Assembly: GCA_000004985.1 (NCBI GenBank)
Contig: GG738883.1
Source of the DNA: Naegleria gruberi
Lineage: Eukaryota
DNA length: 64,000 bases
Strand: one strand, 5' to 3'
Part shown: positions 57,190 to 64,000 of the stretch, piece by piece
Position numbering within the stretch: the first letter of the stretch is position 1
How the letters are laid out: every line of letters begins with the position of its first letter
Position numbers and translations under genes: made by a program
Notes under the pieces: model-generated
Told to the model about the DNA's origin: nothing
The model's database searches: none
Seen by the model: the letters and a program-made list of their open reading frames with translations, nothing else

Positions 57190-58542
57190 ATGGGATCACA
57201 ACAAACGAGAGAACTTGGCCGTTTTTCTGAGAATAGCAAATTTACCAACGACATTTGCATGTTAATATTCTCTTTCATCAATTCTCCGAACGAATTGAAT
57301 AATATGCAAATCTATTCGAAAGTGTGTCGTCAATGGCGAATCATTATAGAGAGCTATTTAGGTTTACACGTAACGATTTCTAAAGTATTTTCTGCAAGGA
57401 ACTTGAGAACAAAAGTATATGCATTGCCTGATTGCTATTTCCAGTCAATTACTATCAAACATTCGTTGTTGAAAAGTGGTGACATTTGTGGACTTGAGAA
57501 TTTGAAGAATATTAAAAAATTGAAGGAATTAAATGTTAATAACAATGAATTGAGGGGTGAAAGCATGACTTTTATAGGTTCTTCAATGAAATTGCAAGTA
57601 TTGAGAGTGAGAAGAAATGAAATAGAAGATAGTGGAATAATGTCACTTGTCAAATCAAAGAATATGAAACAAATGCAAGTTTTGGATATTAGTTGGAATC
57701 CAATTACAAAGGATGGTTTATTTTCTGTCTTTAAAAGTCAATACATGAAGAATCTTACAGAAATTAGTGTAGGTCCATGTGAGATAGGTCCAGAAGGAGC
57801 TAAAACTATTTCTAATACTTTTACATTGAGAAAATTGGAAATGGTTTTGTGTGGAATTGGAAATGAAGGACTGATCTCGATTCTAAACTCTCCAAATATG
57901 GTAAATTTGAAAGTATTGAATGTCAAAGGAAATAACATTTCAGAAGAGGGAATTAATGCTCTCATTACAACTGAACTCAAATTGACTAAATTGAACGTCT
58001 CATCCAATCCTATTGGAAACTCTGTAAATACACTATTGGGAAGTGAAATATTGAAATATCTCACATCACTCAAAGTTGGCTCGTGTGGAATTGATGAAAA
58101 TGGTGCCAAAATCCTTTCTAAAAATTCATTCATCAAGCATCTGACCTCTCTCAGTATGGAAGGCAACTCCATCGGATCTGTAGGTGCATCTGCATTGGGT
58201 TCCTCGCCATATTTACAACATTTGCAAAGTTTGAATTTGAATTCCAATAATCCACCAATTGGAGATTCAGGCCTAAGAGGTTTAGGATTTGCAAATTATG
58301 ATTTTTCAGTTTTTGCATTAAGCTTGAAAGTTCTCAAGATTTGTTCGAATAACATTGGAGATTTCGGACTAAACACATTCACAGAGATTGCATTTGGTGA
58401 TCTGGAAAGATTGGAGGTGTATGGAAATGTGATTACTGATGCTGGACACAACCTATTGAAGAATTGTATCTATTTACGTAATACAGAGGTGAGAACTGCG
58501 GAAGTATCGAAAAAAGTGCAAGCGCCACCGATGCATCACTAA
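57190..58542 (+). CDS. F-box-like / leucine-rich-repeat (RNI-like) protein
   Basis: N-terminal F-box-like segment (ICMLIFSFINSPNELNNMQIYSKVCRQWRIIIESYL). There are about 12 LRRs of the ribonuclease-inhibitor type (LKVLNVKGNNISEEGINAL; LTSLSMEGNSIGSVGASAL). A-run Kozak context. Confidence 0.6.
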   Translation: MGSQQTRELGRFSENSKFTNDICMLIFSFINSPNELNNMQIYSKVCRQWRIIIESYLGLHVTISKVFSARNLRTKVYALPDCYFQSITIKHSLLKSGDICGLENLKNIKKLKELNVNNNELRGESMTFIGSSMKLQVLRVRRNEIEDSGIMSLVKSKNMKQMQVLDISWNPITKDGLFSVFKSQYMKNLTEISVGPCEIGPEGAKTISNTFTLRKLEMVLCGIGNEGLISILNSPNMVNLKVLNVKGNNISEEGINALITTELKLTKLNVSSNPIGNSVNTLLGSEILKYLTSLKVGSCGIDENGAKILSKNSFIKHLTSLSMEGNSIGSVGASALGSSPYLQHLQSLNLNSNNPPIGDSGLRGLGFANYDFSVFALSLKVLKICSNNIGDFGLNTFTEIAFGDLERLEVYGNVITDAGHNLLKNCIYLRNTEVRTAEVSKKVQAPPMHH

Positions 58543-58630
58543 CAGTTTTTAGAAATGTCTATTAGTAAGGATAATATGTAAGGATGTAAATGCATTCTGC
58601 TTGGTTTAGAGAAATAGTTAAAGAAGAGTT

Positions 58631-60523
58631 TCAATTATTACACAATTCCAAAATCTGGCTATCAATTCTCAATTGAACTGATGCATATTTCAATGCATTC
58701 TTATTTTGTTTAACTGCAAATGAAACTATTTCTCTATCATTTCTATGTTTCGAACACATTTGACCCAAAAGATTTCCATTTCTTTTCACGACTCTAATAG
58801 CAAATAATCTATCTGTCACTTTTAAATAACTAGAAGCATTGCGGAATGCTGTGTCAACATTGGTTTTTAAAGCTTCCATCAAAATCTCTCTATCTCTTTG
58901 ATAATAACTTGGAAAATATTGTAAACACTCCCCACTTTTCTTGGCAAATTGCATGCAACTTTGTTTGTCTTTCAATCCTCCTAATACTTTCCGAAAATTA
59001 CTAAAAATAGGGATATTCAGTTGACATGTTTCAGCAGCTTTAAGAATTATATCCTCATCATCTAAAAGTTCTTTAGAGACCTTTTTAATTGCATGCCCGT
59101 TTTGGGAAACTGCAGCTAAAACTATTTCTCTATCTTTTCTAAATTGGTCATTCACAAAAGAAAGTATCATTCCACATCTTGTTGCAGCTTGTAATATAAA
59201 TTCTCTGTCATTTTTCAATTCATTTGGAATAAAATCAAAATTGATTGGATCAAGTTTAAGTGATTCCAATAATATTTCTCTGTCATATCTAAATTCATCT
59301 GGAAGATATCTCAATAAATAGCCTCTCTTTCCCAATGATTGAAGAAATTCAGTGTCATTTCTCAATCTTTCAGAAATATACTGAATGCTTAAACCACATG
59401 ATTTGAGTGCCAATTCTGCAATTTCCCTGTCATCTCTTAATTGTGCTGATAAAAACCTCAAACATAAACCATTTTTCATAACAGCTGATTTCACAATTTC
59501 TCTATCTTTTTGCAATTCCTTGGATGCAAAGATAAACCCGGATGGATCTTGTTGAATGGATTTAATTACAATCTCTCTGTCGTTTCTCAATTCCTCAGAA
59601 GCATAGTACAGTGCTACATTACCATCTAACTTTGCTAATGTGCGAATAAATTCTCTATCGTTGCTAAATAACTGATCAACTTGACTAAGGCAGGTAAGAG
59701 ATTTTGAAAATGCTTTAAAAATCACGTCTCTATCCTTCTTCAATCCAAGAGATATGCATGCATAAGATTTTGGGTGTGATTCTAAAGCAAGCAAGACAAT
59801 TTCCTTATTATTCTTCAATTCTTTTGACGCAAACTGAAGTGCAATACCATCTTGTTGTACAGCAATTCTAACAATTTCAATATCATTTCTCAATTCTTTA
59901 GATGCAAATTCAAGAGCTCTTCCACAACTAGTAACAGCTGCCATGACAATTTCCTTATCATTCTTCAATTCTTCTGACTCGACATACACAAGGTTAAATC
60001 CATTTACTTTGACAGATGCCATGACAATTTCTCTGTCATTCCCAAACTCTTCATCTACATATTCTAATGTTCCAAGATCAACATATTCAGTCGTTTGCAA
60101 AACAAATGATCTATTCTTCCACAATCCAAATTTTCTGGCCAAAATGTCAAAATTTTGAGAACACAAATTGAATATTTGATTGTGAATGAAAGTTTGATCT
60201 CTTATCCAATCAATTTTCAATTTAATTCTTTGACTTTCATCACTTTCGTCATTCTCTTCATCATCATATTCACTTTGGAAATCCCAAACATGAGCACTTT
60301 CATCATAACTTGTTCCGAAAGAATATTCGAATATTGGTTTCATAATTGTTTCAAATTTTTCCTTGTGTGGAATGTCTGCAATTTTGGTGGAAAGTAATTT
60401 TGATGAAAATGTTAAATCTAAAAAACAATAATGTTCATCATTATTTTCCAATAAATTGGGTTTTTGGCTTGTGAGTTTTTTTGATGGAGGAGTATGATTA
60501 GTTTCGACAGCTTTTCGTTTCAT
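58631..60523 (-). CDS. DUF4116-type repeat protein (paralog of 16227-17849)
   Basis: There are twelve or more ~36-aa repeats, for example DREIVMASVKVNGFNLVYVESEELKNDKEIVMAAVTSCGRALEFASKELRNDIEIVRIAVQQDGIALQFASKELKNNKEIVLLAL. Confidence 0.6.
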   Translation of the reverse strand: MKRKAVETNHTPPSKKLTSQKPNLLENNDEHYCFLDLTFSSKLLSTKIADIPHKEKFETIMKPIFEYSFGTSYDESAHVWDFQSEYDDEENDESDESQRIKLKIDWIRDQTFIHNQIFNLCSQNFDILARKFGLWKNRSFVLQTTEYVDLGTLEYVDEEFGNDREIVMASVKVNGFNLVYVESEELKNDKEIVMAAVTSCGRALEFASKELRNDIEIVRIAVQQDGIALQFASKELKNNKEIVLLALESHPKSYACISLGLKKDRDVIFKAFSKSLTCLSQVDQLFSNDREFIRTLAKLDGNVALYYASEELRNDREIVIKSIQQDPSGFIFASKELQKDREIVKSAVMKNGLCLRFLSAQLRDDREIAELALKSCGLSIQYISERLRNDTEFLQSLGKRGYLLRYLPDEFRYDREILLESLKLDPINFDFIPNELKNDREFILQAATRCGMILSFVNDQFRKDREIVLAAVSQNGHAIKKVSKELLDDEDIILKAAETCQLNIPIFSNFRKVLGGLKDKQSCMQFAKKSGECLQYFPSYYQRDREILMEALKTNVDTAFRNASSYLKVTDRLFAIRVVKRNGNLLGQMCSKHRNDREIVSFAVKQNKNALKYASVQLRIDSQILELCNN

Positions 60524-60921
60524 TTTTCTGTGTTTGATGTTACAAAAAAAGGAGCGAGCCTGTGTACCATCTCCTATTCAGTTTACTACACAACGGATTG
60601 TGAATTGCAATGATAATCTAAATGGACATGTTGCATCTAATGGAGAAAGGAATGGAATAATGAAATCCATTCTTATAATCAAAATATTACAGGTACCAGA
60701 AATTTATGCTTAACTCACCTCAATTTCGTAAAGATCTTAAAACTCCTGGCGTGTGCTTTCGGTACGACCGAGGTCTTGGATTCGATTCCCAACAAGGAAG
60801 GCATCTTTTTGGTTTGGGTCCAAGTAAAAGAATTTATTCTTCAATTATTGAATAATAATTCCCAATACAATCTATCTCAGGTATCATTCATTCCGGAATA
60901 ACACCTTTTATGTTTTAAAAA

Positions 60922-61995
60922 ATGTCTGCATTGAGTCCACTCATTATCCCTGTCATCAGCAATATCGCAAATATTTCCCAATATCTTCAAGAAGATAATG
61001 ATTCAAAGAATTTACAGCTCAAGTTTGTTAATTATAGCAATCCGATCGAAGTTTTGAATTCTGGATTTGAAATTATTGTTGCTGATGGTTATTTGCTCAC
61101 TCCGGAATTTTGGCAAGCTTTTCATCACCAACTTGAAAAGGGAGAATCATCATTGAAGTGGATTAATTGCACATTTGCGGGTGTGAATGCAATTTTTGAA
61201 AATATTAGAAAAACCACTGATTCCTCTAAATTAATTCAACTTTTAATTGAAAATAATATTAGATTGACTAAAATTGGAGTTTTTGGATCACACATGTTTG
61301 AATATTTAATTCAACACATGATGAATGAGTTACGTCATTATGAGAAAGTTTTGGATCATCAATCTCAAAGTTTGTGGGTTGGAAAAACTGCTTTCAATTA
61401 CAAGACATTGGATAGAGTAAAGATTGGTCTATTGGGATATGGTAATATTGGAAAGTATATTTGTGAGACTTTCAAGAAAATATATCCAACCATTAAGATT
61501 CACATTTATAGAAATTCTCAAGTTGTTGAAGAATCCCAATATCAACCAGACAAGTTCTTCTATGGTAGTGAGCAATTGGGCGATTTTATTTCATCATGTG
61601 ATTATGATTTCCTTATCAGTATTTTACCATCTACTCCTGAAACTAGATACATGCTCAATACTGATGTTTTAGAAAAGTTACAAACTCGTTCACAATGCTG
61701 CTTTATTAATGTTGGAAGAGGAGATTTAATTAGTGAATCAATGGTAGTTGAGGCTCTTGATAAGAATCTCATTAGAAAGGCCATTTTAGATGTTTTTGAA
61801 GTTGAGCCTTTACCAACCACCAGCCCATTCTGGACCAGAAAGGATGTTCTCGTTACTCCACATATTTCTGCACTTTCTATTCCACATACACTTGTGGATG
61901 CCTTCTTCAATAATTTCCACAAAGTTTCAAATAATGATGGATCATTTGCTTTTGAAAAATTGGAATATCAATGTAATTGGAATAAGGGATATTAA
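60922..61995 (+). CDS. D-isomer-specific 2-hydroxyacid dehydrogenase (glyoxylate/hydroxypyruvate reductase-like)
   Basis: Rossmann fold with GLLGYGNIGK. The catalytic region reads NVGRGDLISESMVVEALDKNLIRKAILDVFEVEPLP...VLVTPHISA and carries the R, E and H triad. Confidence 0.8.
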   Translation: MSALSPLIIPVISNIANISQYLQEDNDSKNLQLKFVNYSNPIEVLNSGFEIIVADGYLLTPEFWQAFHHQLEKGESSLKWINCTFAGVNAIFENIRKTTDSSKLIQLLIENNIRLTKIGVFGSHMFEYLIQHMMNELRHYEKVLDHQSQSLWVGKTAFNYKTLDRVKIGLLGYGNIGKYICETFKKIYPTIKIHIYRNSQVVEESQYQPDKFFYGSEQLGDFISSCDYDFLISILPSTPETRYMLNTDVLEKLQTRSQCCFINVGRGDLISESMVVEALDKNLIRKAILDVFEVEPLPTTSPFWTRKDVLVTPHISALSIPHTLVDAFFNNFHKVSNNDGSFAFEKLEYQCNWNKGY

Positions 61996-61999
61996 ACAT

Positions 62000-62884
62000 T
62001 TAAACTTTCATGAAGGATGTCATTTTCAGAACATTGACCACATTTTTCTTACACTCATTGGTTCTCTCCTTATCCATTTCTCCATCAGAATTGAAAATTC
62101 CATATAGTTTATATTGTCTATCAAGTTTCTTTCCATTTCTCAGCTTGATACTTCCAAACATTCTGCATCTTGGGTATTTAACACTATTTGTATCAATGAT
62201 ATCTTCCATGCTCCATGTTGAAGGTTTTCCTGTATATGATGTGCAATTACATTGTTTCAAATGATCAATCAGTCCTTCAAGATATAATCGATACTTTTCA
62301 TTTGATTCTACCATAATTTGAGGAAAGTACAACCTGTAACCAGACTTGTATTTGCAATCTGGTGTTTGGGAATCACCAGCATAAGTACCATGGCAAAATG
62401 TTATGCAACATTCATAATCTGAATTTGGAAAATATTGTTTAGTAAACTCCAAAATTTCCTTCAACCATTGAGATTTAGTCAAGTTGACTGTTTCATTCTC
62501 CTTCAATTTGAAATCCAAATCCAAGTAGAGTTTAAAATTATGAAAAGACCTAATTTCCTCAATGAAAATATCCTGCTTCTTCTCAATAGAATTCTTCCAA
62601 GCATTGAAATATTCCTCCATAATTGTTTCATTTTCCAACTTGACATGATAATGACCACCTCTCTGTGATATATGTGTTGGATTTTGGAAAAGCAATTGTT
62701 TATCTCCAACCACTGAGTGATCATAAATCCACTGCTCCAAATAATCGGATGGTTCATAGGCAAATTCTTGAACTTTTTTGTAAAATTTGATATTGTCAGA
62801 TGGAGAGGGAGTGAACTTGGATGTGTTTCTTGTTGCTGATGATGGCGGCTTGTTGGTGGAAGATGAAGTTTGTCGTGCTTTCAT
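62000..62884 (-). CDS. PrimPol-like archaeo-eukaryotic primase (AEP) domain protein, short form
   Basis: KLYLDLDFK matches PrimPol motif I (human KLYFDLEFN). KYKSGYRLYF sits at the motif-II position (human FSRHLIF), but the His is replaced. DIIDTNSVKYPRCRMFGSIKLRNGKK matches motif III (human DLGVYTRNRNFRLYKSSKIGK). No UL52-type zinc finger is present. An E2F-like palindrome lies about 150 bp upstream. Confidence 0.45.
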   Translation of the reverse strand: MKARQTSSSTNKPPSSATRNTSKFTPSPSDNIKFYKKVQEFAYEPSDYLEQWIYDHSVVGDKQLLFQNPTHISQRGGHYHVKLENETIMEEYFNAWKNSIEKKQDIFIEEIRSFHNFKLYLDLDFKLKENETVNLTKSQWLKEILEFTKQYFPNSDYECCITFCHGTYAGDSQTPDCKYKSGYRLYFPQIMVESNEKYRLYLEGLIDHLKQCNCTSYTGKPSTWSMEDIIDTNSVKYPRCRMFGSIKLRNGKKLDRQYKLYGIFNSDGEMDKERTNECKKNVVNVLKMTSFMKV

Positions 62885-63027
62885 TTTTTTCTTTGTGTTG
62901 TTATTTTAAAGTTGAAGTCGTGAACTTCCAATTTCAACTTTATTCATTTTCAAAGTTGAAAAGTTGCCGACTAAGGATTTGTTTTCATGAAGATGCTAGA
63001 CAATAATAAAGGATTAAATTGTTAAAT

Positions 63028-63041
63028 TGTTGGCGCCAATT
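63028..63041. promoter_or_regulatory. Palindromic E2F-like element TGTTGGCGCCAATT
   Basis: The core TTGGCGCCAA is at 63030-63039. It lies about 150 bp upstream of the PrimPol-like gene that starts at 62884 on the minus strand. Confidence 0.4.
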
Positions 63042-63506
63042 TTGCAAAAAGAACTCAAAAATTTGAGAAGTAAATTAAAAAGGAAAAATATTTTGATGAT
63101 TTACTTGTTGAAATTACGAAAGAATTTATTGATGGTAGATGGGTTACCCCGTTTTTTCTGGCAATTGATATTGAGCATGATGTTACCAACTTTAAAAACA
63201 AATCAATATATTTTAGGGAACTATTCTTTGGAAATGAAGAACATTTCTTCTTAAAAACCTATATTACTTAAGGAGTTTGTTGTTTGGATTGGGTATACAT
63301 TTATATAAAGTTCGTATACCCCATTCAGAAAAAGAAAAGGCCAACATTGTTAAAATTCCAAGTAAAATTGTCAAACAAGAGAAGAATTCAGTTCAACAGA
63401 TGCTTTAAATTGTGTACATCATATTGGCTTTTCATCTTGTTTTGAATCATGCTAATCAAATTAATGCTGTTTGACAGATCAAATTGACAAGTCAAATATC
63501 AAAAAA

Positions 63507-63865
63507 ATGGTTAACTTTCAAGCTGTCCAACAAACCGTCGCGTATGTAAAATCATCATCAAATCTAACCAAATATATTTAATTTGATCATCATAAAGTGA
63601 TGGCAATCTAGGAAAATTCTTAAGTCTTGTCGATCAACTTCCAGATATCAATGCATCGGATGAGCATGGAAATACTCTTCTCCATTGGGCAGTCGCTTAT
63701 AAACGCCTCCAAGTTGCTCAAGAATTAATTGAAAAGAAGAAGATCGATACAACCAAGCAAAATATTCAGAAAAAGACAGCCTTTGACCTTTGTGTTGATG
63801 CTTGCGTTTCGGATATTTCATTCTTTGAGATGAAGACTTATTTGAAGAAGATTTTGGGTAAATAA
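63507..63865 (+). CDS. Small ankyrin-repeat protein; 2 exons
   Basis: Exon 1 is 63507-63541 (MVNFQAVQQTVA, phase 2, donor GTATGT). The intron is 63542-63597 (56 nt, ..CATAAAG). Exon 2 is 63598-63865 (DGNLGKFLSLVDQLPDINASDEHGNTLLHWAVAYKRLQVAQELIEKKKIDTTKQNIQKKTAFDLC...). Confidence 0.45.
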
Positions 63866-64000
63866 ATCTTCAATCCATGTGTCTGTGCACAGAAAATTGT
63901 ATGAAAATTAATATTATATTATTTGTTTGTAGGGGTTTTCCCTCCAAAATCGATTGTTGTTTTTATTTGGTTTGTTTTCCGTAAATTTGAAAAGTTATTT

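Noticed and set aside
60729-60800. tRNA-like segment ...GGTCTTGGATTCGATTCCCAACAAGGAAGGCATCTTTTT, a T-loop-like TTCGATT followed by a T5 run
   Set aside because: I could not build a complete cloverleaf. There is no anticodon arm, the acceptor pairing is poor, and position 53-61 would be an A-C mismatch. It may be a tRNA-derived fragment or pseudo-tRNA, but I cannot support calling it a gene.
1-64000. Prokaryotic-style features: CRISPR arrays, Shine-Dalgarno sites, operons, rho-independent terminators
   Set aside because: The window is clearly eukaryotic, with spliceosomal introns, tRNA-Tyr carrying an intron, SRP RNA, Rab, Dcp2 and PARP. There is no CRISPR-like repeat-spacer periodicity, and hairpin+T-run signals are better read as pol III terminators.

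Overview
This window reads as compact, AT-rich eukaryotic nuclear DNA, with about 30-35% GC overall and intergenic stretches nearer 25% GC. It is not prokaryotic. Genes are dense on both strands. Start codons sit behind A-runs (AAAAAAAATG). Introns are short, mostly 39-72 nt and occasionally 128-259 nt, with GTAAGT/GTATGT donors and AG acceptors. Several tRNAs are followed by T-run terminators, one tRNA-Tyr carries an intron, and there is an SRP (7SL) RNA. Many proteins carry poly-N/Q/S low-complexity tracts. The combination fits a dictyostelid-like amoebozoan or a similarly AT-rich protist best, but I cannot fix the taxon from sequence alone.

I call about 40 protein genes. The ORF track splits many of them at introns, and I re-joined these by hand. 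Recognisable products are:
- S-adenosylmethionine synthetase
- family-31 alpha-glucosidase
- a Rab GTPase
- a Dcp2 decapping Nudix enzyme
- free methionine-R-sulfoxide reductase (a GAF-domain protein)
- a D-2-hydroxyacid dehydrogenase
- an LMBR1-like membrane protein
- a PARP-domain protein
- an RWP-RK transcription factor
- Sel1-repeat proteins
- F-box and F-box/LRR proteins
- two DUF4116-repeat proteins
- a tandem Ras-like GTPase/ankyrin protein
- an ankyrin-repeat kinase

The most unusual content:
- Two paralogous receptor-like kinases have ectodomains built from chlamydial Pmp-type beta-helix repeats (GGA[ILV]/FxxN). Their single introns sit at different positions in the kinase domain. A kinase-less membrane paralog and a secreted beta-helix protein lie nearby.
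- A secreted protein combines EGF-like repeats with a fibrinogen-related domain, a tenascin-like architecture.
- A short PrimPol-like archaeo-eukaryotic primase (AEP) gene has a palindromic E2F-type TTGGCGCCAA element upstream. That element recurs in two other promoters.
- A pol III cluster holds tRNA-Tyr (with intron), tRNA-Lys and an SRP RNA that the ORF track shows only as two spurious ORFs.
- A tRNA-Gln is followed by a repeat-rich tract and a DDE-transposase-like remnant.
- A candidate small ncRNA island of unknown class sits between T-runs.

Nothing prokaryotic (CRISPR, operons, RBS) is present.
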